The notes: a model not told the origin generated them from the sequence alone. 64,000 nucleotides of DNA from Asterias rubens (GCF_902459465.1 NC_047073.1:16492001-16556000), one strand, 5' to 3'; shown: positions 13,306 through 26,154, counted from the first letter of the stretch. A program made the numbers and translations.

Positions 13306-14480
13306 TCAAATAAGTGCATCAATACAAATTGACAATAATGAACTTGTTTGCTTTGGAAACTAGAAACACCTGGCTGATCGGCCTCAGATAAAGAAGAAGT
13401 GGGCAATACTAATTTGTCGTCTCAGCGCTTAGAAGCCCACGCACTCACGACTCAATGCTGCATACCTACTCACATACATAACATGTCAAATCTAAAGGGA
13501 CAATAAAAAAAGACAATAAAGTTTCCAGCGTGACTGATTGTATTGTTGAATTTGCAAGGAATAGCCCAGCTAAATGGCATCCATCTCTTTTGCAAACCAA
13601 GGGGGAGTTGAAACAAAATGAGCTAGCCCGTCACTATAAAGCGATAACAAAATTAACTGTTATGTGCTGTGCAGGAGTAAAACGAAATGTAGACCAAAGG
13701 TTGTGTGTCACTAGCACTGGTGGTATGGTTTCTTATTCCCTACCAGCTGTACGTGTTCCCTACCAGCTGTACGTGGTCATAATAAAAAATAAAAAAACAA
13801 CTTTAAAGTTGCAGAAAATTAGCACTTACTTCTATTTAGCCTACATGTACACCCCAGACAGGGACAAAAATGTAAGGGAATTATAAAACTTAATGGAAAA
13901 CTCTTGTTTCTGGAATTTGCTCATAGTGAGTCTTACTGTACAGATTAATGTTTTGGGCTGAATTGTGCAACAATACTAAACCCTGGTGTATTTGAACTTG
14001 TTCATCCAGTACAGTTTGTATTTATAATCAAATGGTGCAAAGCTACATCCTTGACATATCACATGTTCCCCCATGTAGCGTGAACAGCAACTCAACAAGG
14101 TTGGTTGAACTTCACACGTATACATCACTGATACAACATGCACTTTGAAAACATCTGAAGGACTGACCTTGCTAAACCAAGGGGCAGGCAATAAATTGTT
14201 TAATTATTAAAAACAAATGATCCATACAAAGCAATCTGACAAATATTGCTTGTTCAGTGGAAATAATAGCAGCATGTATTTCCGCACTCTCCAGGGTCCA
14301 CTTCAATTGACAGACAGATAGATCTGAAAATAGTGTATTAACCAAGGAACTACAAGGCCTAACATTAAAAATGCAACAGTACATGTTTGCTAGTGAATAA
14401 CTTGATATTTGGTCATTGAAAAAGTAGGATAATTTTATCAAGTATAAAGGCCAAGGGCTCACATACATATTATATGCTTT

Positions 14481-14841
14481 TGGACACTTTCGGTACAGAA
14501 AAAAAGAAAAAAGTTCACAGATTTACAAATAACTTACAGGGTTTACAGAAGGTTGGTGAAAGACTTCTCTTGAAATATTATTCCATGAAATGCTTTACTT
14601 TTTGAGAAAACATAAAACAATATAAATTCTTGATATCGAGAATTACAGATTTATTTTAAACACATGTCATGGCACGGTGTAACGTGCGGAAACAAGGGTG
14701 GGTTTTCCCGTTATTTTCTCCCGACTCCGATGACCGATTGAGCCTAAATTTTCACAGGTTTGTTATTTTATATATAAATTGTGATACACGAAGTGTGGGC
14801 CTTGGACAATACTGTTTACCGAAAGTGTCCAATGGCTTTAA
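14481..14841 (+). mobile_element. MITE family 3 (GGACACTTTCGGTA TIR)
   Basis: TIR pair GGACACTTTCGGTA / TACCGAAAGTGTCC followed by AATGGCTTTAA. An inverted copy lies at about 46486-46844. Shares AAATTTTCACAGGTTTGTTATTTT with family 1. Confidence 0.8.
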
Positions 14842-15042
14842 TATACATTCAGGCTATTTAATCACAAATTTTCAGACTTTTAGGCCAAAGTAGGAGAATA
14901 TCATGCCTGGTTAAATTAAAAACACTATTTTATCAAGTACAGCAGGCTTGATACTGCATGGAGGCACTCACCTCCACTACCTTGGTTAATGTCGACCCTT
15001 GAACTGTCCCCGTAGAAACTTGACTTTTCCTCATTATTAAGT

Positions 15043-15124
15043 AGTTGCAATAACATAACCCTCCTCCCGACGGCGTACGTCGGGAGGAGGACGCCGTCGG
15101 GAGGAGGGTTACGTTATCGCAACT
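15043..15124. repeat. GC-rich inverted repeat with 34-bp arms in STK11 intron 1
   Basis: Arms 15043-15076 and 15091-15124 have two mismatches; the spacer duplicates part of the right arm. Confidence 0.9.
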
Positions 15125-15958
15125 TATCATTGAGGTGCCATTTATGAAGGAAAAAGTAAACTAACTTGTCCTTACAAGAATGAAGTCTGACGAAAATGTG
15201 CACCTGTGACTTAGTCTCTTTAACAAAGATGCTACGTGCACATGTACCATCGAGATATGTCATTATAAATTATTCATTGCAGCATGTTACATTAACGGGA
15301 TTCCCTTACTCATCCCATGGGTGACAGCAAATAATTTGAACTGTGCAAATTCTTTCATCAATCATGAAAATTACGGAGGAAGTAAAGTAAATTATGGACA
15401 GAGCTTGTTAACATTAAACTATACTTTTTTTCATTGCGCATTCAATACACAAGAAAACAAATGAAAACACGTATGAAAAGATATTATTAACAAAAAGGGA
15501 AAGACAAGAAGAGGTTTGAGGATGTGGATTGAAGCAAAAACCTTGTTATTTTATTAATTAAGCGCATTTTGCCTTTTCCTGTCACCACTTTTCCATTTGT
15601 TATAAAATATTAAATAAGTATCTAATTTACTCAAATCAGCAAAAAGAGAATCCATTCCTTTTGCTTTTGTGATATTATAAAAATTATTGAAAAAGTGGGA
15701 GGTGGCACTGGCAGGATACAGAAACTTTTCCCAAATTGTTAAAGGCTGAATACGTACCTCTAGTTCCCCATTTGTTTTGACATATTGAGTACATGCCATT
15801 CGTAATTTTAAGGGTTTATAAACATTTTAGTCTTAAACAAGCGTTTCAAATGTGAGCAACAGCCGGCCCGTCAACACACATGGATGACGTGCATGCTGCT
15901 CTGCGCTCATCACACGGGCAGAATAGAGCGACCAAGCCCACCAACAAACCCATCTCAC

Positions 15959-16302
15959 CTTCGCACATTCTGCTCCCCGTTCGGGATCCTTCGGAGCTTC
16001 TTTTTCTTCAATATTTTCACAGCTCTCCTACAAAGAGTCTCCGAGTCTAACACCTCTTTAACTTTCCCGTACGAACCCTCACCAAGCACGTCTCCAAAGA
16101 GATATTTCCCCACCATCTTGGCTTTTTTCTTGCGTGGTTGATAAATTATGTCCGCCGAATCCACTCGGTGTATAATGAACGGGTGCGCATCTTCGTCGTG
16201 CAACAAGAAATCCATTTGGTCGACATCTTGCGACCAATGTCGGGGAATACGCTCCGGAGCGTCCAGATCAGGATAACTATCTAATACCGCTGGATCTACC
16301 AT
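15959..16302 (-). CDS. STK11: STK11/LKB1 serine/threonine kinase, coding exon 1
   Basis: MVDPAV...[71 protein letters not shown] closely matches the LKB1 N-lobe. Phase-2 donor AG|GTGAG at 15958, the same position as vertebrate intron 1. Confidence 0.97.
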
Positions 16303-18670
16303 CGTAAGTCCAAGAGGTTTTCGGCAGCTTAACGGTGAAAAAGAGCTGCATTTGCCTACACTGTCGATGACAACTCAAAGCACGTTACTGGCACGACCGT
16401 TCTGTCGCCATGTTGTTTATTATCTGAAACCGAGGCGGTTTATTTTCTCACACACAAAATACACACTGGTCACGTGACATGCGTGAATTTTCATTCGGGC
16501 AGAAAATGGGTCAATGTTTCGATATGCAAATATTTCAAACTATATATTCATGAGATGATTAACATATGTAATTGCATTCTAGCCAATCCATAATCAAGCG
16601 CGTGCCATATCGTTTCCTTGTAAGGGCTTTGTACACAGCTGAACCGCAATACGCGTGCCTGTAATTTATTCTTCCACTGTAGCTGTGTGTATACCAGCAT
16701 CTCCTTTGTGTTGAAGCTAAAAGCAGATGTGCAAAATGTATTCTCACGGTTGTGGATCAAAATCAGTATGACGTGAATAAGAAGAAAACACGATCAAGGT
16801 AAGCTTTGATTTTTAATTTACCGTAACTATTCCTCTGTTCTTCTGTTTTAAAAATAAGTCTGTAATAAAAAAATTATTTCAATAAAGAGACAGCAAACCC
16901 TGTAAATATTCACAACATGTTCGAATATATTCAAGTTTCCCTCTATGGCTGCATCATAAACATTTTATAACCAGCATCCATGGTTCAATTACGGGTAGTA
17001 TTATACTATTAAATCGAACAAATTGTATAAATGCTTGTTGTTACATTCCTCATTGAAAAATAATTCAGACTCATCTTTTCAGAGCCAGAGGATTCGAATT
17101 TCCGAATAATTTTGTAGACACCTTTTTTGTGTAAATAAAGTGCAACTTTGTTCATTCTTGTTCTGACATCGGAATTAATGTACATTCAAGAAAAATAATA
17201 CACATTATAAAACATTATGTGATTTGAGGCATTGCAATAACATATTTACATTGATAAGCCAGTTTGAATTTTGTTTACTGTTTTTTGAATATGACCAAAC
17301 CTATAAAGGCTGGAAGGACAATAGTCAACAGGAACACCCGTTGATAAAAAAAATGGTTTTAAATAAAGACCTCACAGTGTACCTACTGACTCTAATTATT
17401 GTGACAACTATGGCGTAGAAGTAATCCCTTAATCGCACACACACACGATAACGATACTAAGCCATTCTCAATGTTTTGAGGACTGATATTTTTTAGACGA
17501 TCCCTTCTTCACAAATCAATTCAACTCGATATTTATTTTCATATTATTATAAAATGAACATACACGTAATTATAAGGATGGTCTATTGAACAAAGAGGTA
17601 TAAAGAACTGCTAGAAAGGAGACAAGAGGCAAGAACAATAAGGAGACAAAATACTAGACTTTAGAATAAAACTTAATATGATTAGGCCCTATTTATTAGC
17701 CCCTATTTATAACAGAAAAGCTGCCGTCAGTTTAAAAACAAAAAAGGGGGGTCAACATCGTAAAACTTTTGGTAAGCTAGATGCAGAGAATGCTATTTCA
17801 AGATCCGGCATGTTATGCTTTCTTTTGTTCCAACCTACCGTACTTTGGTGCTGAGAATCCATGCCCAATCTCTGTTATCTCTTATGCCAGCTGGGGTCAC
17901 CACAATGACTTCCTGCAATACTCCATTTTATACAAGTACTGCTTAATCTTGATTTGTTTCCTTCTGCTAAGCCTAACTTAGCAGGAAACCAGTCACAGGT
18001 GGTACATTCATGTTATGGTATTTTCTGACTGGTAACTTAATTCTGATTTAGTAACCACAAGTTGGCAACGTTTTTTGCTGAAGTGACAGTTGCGTGGTCA
18101 ATTTCTTTTTAATGAAATTTTGAACGGCCTCGTTTCGGAACGATTCAAAACAAAAAACGTTTTATACAAAAACTTTCGCATATAATTAGTTGTACTCGGC
18201 AATCCAGACAATAGCTAATTTTTAGTATTTATCTCGAAGTTATAAAAATAGCTATTTGAAATTTAAATTCAACAGTCTGTGTCATGATCGGCCCATATGT
18301 CTGACATTGCATAATAATATTGTCAGCCCCGGCAACACACGTTTATTTATGAAAATCAATTATTTCAGGAAATTTCTGAGAAGTAGGTTAATCCGATTTC
18401 CTCCGTCAAAGGATTTTGTTGAGGAAATCGGCACTGGTTGGGAAAAACCCCCAGCTTAGGCCTATGCAATCAAACCTATTTGACGCGTATTTGTTTTATA
18501 TTCAAACAACCGTCGATAGTTATTCAATTATGCTAATTTTATGAATAATTGTACTTGTTGCAGGGGGAGCATCCACTTGATACAAAAGGCCAGTCTCATG
18601 TGCAATACTAAGTAATAGATGTTCATCTTCGTAAATTTTCTTCACTCTTCGCCGGTTTCGCAACCCAACG
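16303..18670. promoter_or_regulatory. Divergent (head-to-head) promoter region of STK11 and the WD40-SOCS gene
   Basis: The two start codons are 2.37 kb apart on opposite strands. Locally CpG-richer, with palindrome GTCACGTGAC (16469-16478) and YY1-type CAACATGGCG on the minus strand (~16406-16415). Confidence 0.65.
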
Positions 18671-18881
18671 ATGGGAACTTCTTCATCAAAAGGACGTAAA
18701 AAAGCTCCCTACAAATGCAAAAAGGAGCTCCCTTCCCGTTTCTGGGTGCCCTATCCCCCGGAGCCCGGTGGTACAAACTCCAACCAGTTTGGCCGGGTGG
18801 TCAAGGCAGTGGACTTGACCAGTGTGCTCCGACCGTGCGGTAATTTCAGCCATTTACCGGCGGTCAGATGGTGGGCGCATT
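18671..18881 (+). CDS. WD40-repeat/SOCS-box protein (WSB-like architecture), exon 1 of 3; model join(18671..18881,19605..19761,20187..21042), 407 aa
   Basis: ATG start MGTSSSKGRKK...WWAH, phase-1 donor T|GTGAGT at 18882. All three exons are phase-compatible (1224 nt in total). Confidence 0.75.
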
Positions 18882-19604
18882 GTGAGTTTCTACCCTATGA
18901 AGACTCCAAGTTGCTAAGTTGTATTGCTTTGTATGATATGGGAGGTCAGAGACTGCCACCACATCTACCCCCATGCACTACAAATGGTATCATCAATGTC
19001 TGGAACTTGGGAAAAGAAAACAGAGGTAAAGTCACACCATAGAAAACAAGACCATTAATTTAAGTAACATGGGCTAATGTGTTTGAATTATTTATTTGCA
19101 AATTTTGGAACTGTTCAGAAGTAATTTTAGAAGAGTATTGAGTCTGAACAATTTGTTTTTTTCTTCTTTGTGGTTAAAAGGAGATGGTTTCACTTATAAA
19201 GCTGGGTTTCATGAAGAAAACATCCAAAGTATTAAAACATGGATCATTTTATTCGCAAACTTTTGAAATGGGGGGGGGGGGGGGTGCGGTAAAGGGAGGT
19301 GGTTTCACCTTCAAAGTTCAATCAAGGAAGGAAGTAGATGTCATGCTCTTGGTGTGTATTAACAATATTACAAAATTGCAGATGGTATTGCTTGTTTTTT
19401 TAGCAGTCTTTCCCAATGGCTAAAAAGACTCCTCTTGGATTTAAATATGAAACCATTATTTTTGTCAGGATATGTTTGTGTGCAGGTTAAAGTTGCAAGA
19501 TTTCATTTAAGCAGAGTCTTTCTAGAAATTTTCAGTGGCTAAAATGACTCCTCTTGAGCTAAAAAGTGAGACCCTTTTTTAAATTTTGTTTTATGTACTT
19601 GTAG

Positions 19605-19761
19605 GTTGTAAGACCGAGATACACAGGAAGAGCAGTCTTCGACAGCCTCATTGTCAGATGACGCCTGATGGAGACTTTGTCTGTTACATCGAGTCTAATG
19701 GTATCATCATGAGAAATATCAACGATGTACAACGATATTACAGAAGAGAAGCCTTCTTTAG
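19605..19761 (+). CDS. WD40/SOCS-box protein, exon 2
   Basis: TTGTAG|GT TGT AAG... encodes CKTEIHRKSSLRQPHCQMTPDGDFVCYIESNG...AFF. Phase-2 donor AG|GTATGT. Confidence 0.8.
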
Positions 19762-20186
19762 GTATGTTGTGGACTTTGTCGAAATTGGGAGGGGGGGGGT
19801 TGCTTAGAAAGAGAAGTACGTTTAGGTTACACCAGTTCCAGGGTGTCTATGCCAAGTGGTTAAGAGCATCAGAATCAAGTTCTGATGGTTAAGTCATAAG
19901 AGTGTGGGTTCGAATCCCGGTCAAGAAAATATTTATAAAATGTATTAAGCTCAAATCAGCCTGAACCTGTCTCGTAGTTACATCTGCTCCTGTGGGTTCA
20001 AGTCCCACCAAAAAGAGTACATATTTTCCTCAATAGACCTTTAAAATTTTCCAATGGAAGTGCCCCTTACAAAATGGAAATGGCCTAGCCCTTTCAAAGA
20101 TGACATTCCAGGGCCGTTCCCCTCCCCACTAATCCTGATTAAAGAGATTACTGAACACTAAAATCAAATGTCTTTAATATTTTCAG

Positions 20187-21042
20187 GTATGGCATCTATC
20201 ACTTCTGTTCCATGTCACCTGATGAGCTTTTCATTGCTACCATTACTAGACAGCGTCACTGCTTCCAGCTCTACGTCTTCTCAACCCAGTACTTCTACTC
20301 CTATAAGGAGTCAAATTGCCATGAGATCTTCCCGCAGTTTCTCAGCGATAAACCCGGCCTCGCCCACGAGCATATCGAGTGTCGTTTCTCACCAGACAGC
20401 CAGTTTATCGCGGTCAGTAGTTCCTTTGGTCAGCTTTTCGTGGCGAGGAAGTGTGGACTGACTCTATATCGAGGCATCCTCCCTGGAGTGTGTGGGGATA
20501 CTGCAAGCCTAGCCAATGCTCGCATGTTTGATTTTGACCCTAGGTTTGGGCATGAGGTCATGGCAGTCTGCTGCCTGGACCACGTCCTCAAAGTCTGCAA
20601 TCTGGAGACAGAGAATCACATTTGGAAATTGTGCTTGCCAGACAGTCTTGGGATTCCAGATAGTTTGAAGTACAATCAAGATGGGAGTATTCTGGCCGTG
20701 GCAGGGTCGGAAGCCAAGATTGGACTGTTCCACTCTAGAAACGGGGATCCTATAACTACCTTAGATGGGGCAGACCAGTGTATACACTTCTCAATGAAAC
20801 GTCAACAGGCTTCGGGTTGCTATCCAACAGTCTTGCGTCTCTCCTTTACCCATAATGCATCACACCTTGCTGCGGCATCCACAGATGGGTTTGTGCGAAT
20901 CTGGCGACTCCCGCAGACTTTAAACTTGCAAAGCCTCTGTCGTCTTAAAATCCTACGCCATGTTCCGCTGAATAAAGTAGCCAAACTACCACTACCACAA
21001 AAGCTGCGAGATTACATTCTTTGCAGCCCTATGTGGACTTAA
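20187..21042 (+). CDS. WD40/SOCS-box protein, exon 3 (WD repeats and C-terminal SOCS box)
   Basis: TTTCAG|G TAT GGC. WD-like segments (FSPDSQFIAVSS, YNQDGSILAVAG, HLAAASTDGFVRIW), BC box LQSLCR and Cul5 box LPLPQKLRDYI. Stop TAA at 21040-21042. Confidence 0.92.
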
Positions 21043-21090
21043 GTTATGAAATTACATTCTTTGCAGCCCTATGTGGACTTAAGTTATGAA
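21011..21090. repeat. 40-bp perfect tandem duplication spanning the WD40-SOCS stop codon
   Basis: ATTACATTCTTTGCAGCCCTATGTGGACTTAAGTTATGAA at 21011-21050 and 21051-21090. Confidence 0.95.
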
Positions 21091-22476
21091 ATCGAGTACT
21101 GAAATCTTGCCAAAGAAATATTTATTGACAGTGAAAAGATAAAACATGAGACTCTCTCCTAAAGTAGATGTGCCTTTTTTTGTTTCACGTTACTTTGCTG
21201 ATAATACCATGATCTGATATCATGCTTGTAAAATGCTAAAATATTTGTGTCAAGTTGGGGGAAACCTACATTTCAACATATTTATTGTAACTTAATATTT
21301 AAAAATGTGACCAATCCAATTTACTTTTTCTTCTGATTAAAAATAACTCCAGACCATTGCTGCAAAATGGAAATTAAGTCCATTTTAATTAAGTGCAATC
21401 CATGAAATAACTATTATTTATATCTCGATGCTGAGAAAAATTGTGGTAACATTCTGAAGAAAAAAATCTCTCCTGTAAAATAGATTAGTTGTAAGAAAAA
21501 GTACGACCAACAAACAATCTTTTTTGTTTCCTTTACTCATTTCCAATTGTGTGCATTACGCAGTGCATAAATACACATTCGCTTATGGGAATGAAAGATG
21601 GTGTTTTTTATGCTAACTTTTGGTGAATTAAATAACGATTGCACAGCTTCGATGTAATCACTCTGTGCTTTTATACAATCTGCAAAAAAAAGGAGAAAGA
21701 AAAAAAGAAAATAAATCATCATTAAAAAGACAAGAATGTAACGTAGTTAATACTCACATGTTTTTTTAGTTAGTTACGTTTCATTCCTAAGCTATTAGCT
21801 TCTTCAGACTGGTGTCCATGTCCAATGCTGAACTGCCTTTTATACTCTTTCTAGCTAACTAAAATAATATGTAAGTAACATGTACATTTAAGAGGTGTTA
21901 ATATTGCATCGGGGATAAAGAATATAACATGAAAATAACATGTACATTATTTTGGGGTTTTGGAAAACAAACCTCTTAATTCATGATTTTCATCAATCCA
22001 GATGAACTTATTTAATGATAAATAAGACAAAACTAGGGAAACATTAAAATTTATTTACATCTTAAAGTTTATTTCCTCACACATCATCGACAAGGATGTT
22101 TTGGTACATAATGTCTTCATATATTTTGCACATATACAGTGGATTATTAAAAAAACAACTTAAATCAATTTACAATGATGCTGTAGTTATTGTCCAATCT
22201 GTCATTTGAAAGTAAAATAGTCAAATAATTTCTACTCTAAGCGCTGACCAGAGTCCTATTTCCTAATAGTAATAACATTAATACTTGGTTCTTATAGAGA
22301 GCATTATCTTAGAAGCTAGATAAAGGCAGTTGTGATGTCAACATTGATCAGATGCTGTCAGGCTGTTTCACTTGTAGAAATAAAAACTATGATATTCCTT
22401 TACCGTCGTGATTTTTACCAACTATGCTGGAAATAATATATGCAGAGGAGGGATTCAGATGTGCGATTATTCGCAC

Positions 22477-22780
22477 TTATAATAATATTGAAGTCTTATA
22501 TAGCGCACGTATCTACCAAACAAGGTACTCAAGGCGCTGAGTGTATACAAACTTTCAGAATGATAGGTTATTACAGTGATGAACTCTGAGACCCAATTAT
22601 TTAGCACCTTATAAGGGTTTACAAGGTGCTACGGCGCATACCACAGCCAGGAACACCGCGCGAACCTCTTCTCTTTTCGAAAAGCGCACTGGGTTCTTTT
22701 ACATGCGTTACACAACACATGGGACCAACGGCTTTACGTCCCATCTGAAGGACAAAGTAAATGGTTAAGTGTCTTGCTTC
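22477..22780 (-). mobile_element. SINE body and tail (minus strand), ending in ...GCGCTATATAAGACTTCAATATTATTAT
   Basis: The minus strand starts AGCAAGACACTTAACC and ends in a LINE-like tail with a TTA repeat. A related fragment lies at about 28750-28925. Confidence 0.55.
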
Positions 22781-25239
22781 TTGAGTCCCTTATACGGAAG
22801 GAAGGTTTAGGCGTGGGATGGAATAATGTGTGATCGCACACCTCAAATATAAAGGACTGCTAAATATTTTCCTTAAACAAGAAATGGAAAAGAAAGATAC
22901 ATGTAGAGTTAGGGACTTGTCACACAGGGCAATTTGTAAAGGCAACAAATTGCACTGTATGATTTTTAGTAGCGATTTGTCTGTCACTAACTTAGTGTTC
23001 CACAAAACTTATGTGAAACGGGTTGCCTGCAAATTTCCCCATGTGAAATGGCCCAAAGAAGACCAAATTTAACAGGAAAATTTCCTCACAAAAATTATTC
23101 CTCTTTCATGATCTGTATTCATTAAAAAAAAATCAATATCAAACAACCTTTTGCTGTTTCATTCTTCGGGACGGTTTCATCTAAAATTTCATCTATCAAT
23201 AAGTGCTCAAGAATAAAACAAATAAGAATGGCTATCCAGAAAGAAATGACTACTCTGAAGTTTTAAAAATATTGGTTTGAGTTTCATGAAGATAAAATTC
23301 AAAATAATGTTAGTACAAGAAAAATTTCTACACTTTCGTGCGGCATGTGAGAGTTCTATTAAATGCCTTGCATGATTGGCCACTTAGCTGCAGAACCACT
23401 TAGCTGCAGAGAAAAATTAGAATGCTTGATCCAACCGAAACCAAAACCTAAGCTACCCTCAAAGATGGCGACTAACGGAACGTATCTTTTAAATGCTCCT
23501 TGCGATTCAAGAAGACTTTAAAAAAAATTGGGTTAAATTATTTACTTCTAAGATTATCAACAAAAATATGTACATCAACTTTTAATTACATTATAAACAT
23601 TATTTGGCAAGTTATTATTGTCTTTAATTTAAGTGATTTACAATCTCCTTGAAACATTTATTAGTCTTAGTTAATGCCTTATAATAATAACACTCTAACC
23701 TGTGGGTAAGTCATGAATGCTGTTGATTTGGTCCTTTAGCAAACAGCCACAACCCTGACAGTTTTACACCGCGATTTAAGATCTCATCATCATTCTGTTA
23801 AAATTCCCTTAGTCAAAGTCACAGGCACATATCTGTTGGGTACAGCAGTTGTGCATCAAAATGCAGGATGCCAAGTGATATTTCTACAAAAACCTATTGA
23901 ATGATACACAAAGGATGTAAAGAAGTCCATCCAGAGTCGTCCAAGGAATTCTTCTCACAAGACCACCCCCCCCCCTTCCCGGTACACCAGTAGACCGCCT
24001 GATCAGTTAATAATACCAATGACATGGTATAACAGGCTGTCATAGTGTCTTCTTAATCTACATTTATGTGAATAATAACATGAAATGATCAGCCAAACCA
24101 ATACCGGGTTAAACATTGTCGCATTAAAGACTCTGATCTCCATGGTAACATCACTTAGCAACCGTCTTGATTCCAGACATCTCCAGACAGACAAGTGAAA
24201 TGCAAATACCAAGAATGGCAAAGGTTAGAGTCGTTCCCACTCTAGCCATGCAGCACTAACATAAAAAAAACACACTATTCATTTTGGAATTGTGAAAAGC
24301 AAGATTTGTTTAGTCTAAACATTGCCGACAACAATCTCATTTAAACTGGTATACTTTGCAGAAACAAATCTCTTTTACGAGTTGTGGTGGGTCTGATTAA
24401 CAATTCAAAGTTTCGATCAGTATGATGTGATTGTCTTCAGGAGAAAGCTGTTGTTGACCTTTTCTTCACACTACAGACATCTTTGTCTGGTTCCTAGTGT
24501 ACACAGTGGTATTGATAACTCTAATTTTCACATTTTAAGAGGGATCTGACCTCATACCGGGCGAAGTATTTTTACATTTACCCTACCTTTATATTCCGAT
24601 CTTTCAATGAAATTAATTTCATTCCACAATTTCGGGATACACTATTCAGGAAAAAATTAATTTAGATGGAATAATTTTGGTGAAGGGTAAATTCTAAAAT
24701 CAATTTTTTTTTAATGTGATGCAGTAATTGTTAAATCAATCTTTATTGAGCAAATGTAATAATTAGTACCACATCTTCGCACAGAAAGAAAAATCCACTC
24801 CAGTTGTGTTAACAGTGGATATTTTTCTTTGCTAGACATACAAAAAGAAATCTGTAAGATACCATTGTCATATCCCATATTGGTGTCATCAGATAATACC
24901 ATTCAGCCTTTTCTTTTTTCAGCTTTTAATCCTGCAATACACAGGTACCACAGACTGCCATAAAGCACTCTATCCAGGTTTCCATTAGGTGCATGGGTTT
25001 ATTCTGTTTGTATAGCTGGTATTAACAGGAAACCCCAATGCATGCTTGTGGACCTTGAACGGTCTGCTATAGTTTTACCTGGTTAACCCTTGAGCTTAGC
25101 AGACCTTTAACCGAGTAATAATAGGAACCTGGTTAACTAGTAGCCAGCTGAGCCGGTTGTAGTAGCACTTTTACTATACAGTAAATCCTTAAGGCCCTGA
25201 TTTATTAATGATAATTATTTAAAAACTTGCTTAGATTCC

Positions 25240-25464
25240 TCAAGGGTTTGCAGCATCCACTAAGGTGTTGTTGCTCCCTGAACCCCCTTCTACGTCAGCT
25301 AAGAGAGGAACACTCCCTTCACCTCCTCTTGGAGAAAGCTGAGACGAATGAGGTGCTCCTGAGGAGTTTGCTGATGGCTCGGAGTTTGGGATGAAGTAGG
25401 CAAACAGGATGGCAACAATAACGAGGAAGGCACCAAATACAAATGGGGGTCCGGGGATAACTGA
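25240..25464 (-). CDS. MFSD14A: MFSD14/HIAT1 exon 11 (terminal)
   Basis: AAACAG|SVIPGPPFVFGAFLVIVAILFAYFIP...EGSVPLL...AANP*; stop TGA at 25242-25240. Confidence 0.93.
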   Translation of the reverse strand, partial: SVIPGPPFVFGAFLVIVAILFAYFIPNSEPSANSSGAPHSSQLSPRGGEGSVPLLADVEGGSGSNNTLVDAANP

Positions 25465-25854
25465 CTGTTTAGGATAGAGGAATGAAAAAAGAGAAATGGA
25501 ATCAAAGATTGTAATTGTAAGGGTTAAATCAGGTGATTTTATTCTTTAATCTTTATTTTGTATTTATTGTCCAAACCAACAGTGGACGAACCGCCAATTA
25601 CAGTAAAGTGAAAACAAAACAAAACTGAATCTTTAAATTTTAAAAAGATAAATTAATGCTAAAATAAATAAGCAAACAAATAATAACTGGAATGAACAAA
25701 TTTTAAAAAGAGCAAAATACATTAACATTAAAAATATGGAATAAACTTAGGTACACAACCAAAGAAAATATACAACAGAAAAATGTTTATAAATGAACAA
25801 GCCACAGAATAAAACAGGGTATTCACAAGTAGGATCTATTACAAATAAAATATA

Positions 25855-26154
25855 TAAAGACACTGGACACTTTTGGTAATTGTCAAAGACCAGTCTTCTG
25901 ACTTGGTGTATCCCAACATATGCATAAAATAACAAATCAGTGAAAATTTGAGCTCAATTGGTTTTAATGAATGTGCGAGACAATAATGAAAGAAAAAAAC
26001 ACCTGTGTCACACAAGTTGTGTGCTTTCAGATGCTTGATTTTGAGACCTCAAAATCTAAATCTGAGGTCTCGAAACCAAATTTGTGGAAAATTACTTCTT
26101 TCTCGAATACTAATAATTATTTTAAGTAATTACCAATAGTGTCCACTGCCTATA
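25855..26154 (-). mobile_element. MITE family 1 copy (internally deleted)
   Basis: Both TIRs and the internal GAGACCTC/GAGGTCTC palindrome are present. Confidence 0.8.

Noticed and set aside
20168-20733. Alternative-frame and antisense ORFs over the WD40-SOCS exon; likewise over the calcyphosin exons (49711-50105, 50274-50468, 60111-60377)
   Set aside because: Shadow ORFs of genuine coding exons.
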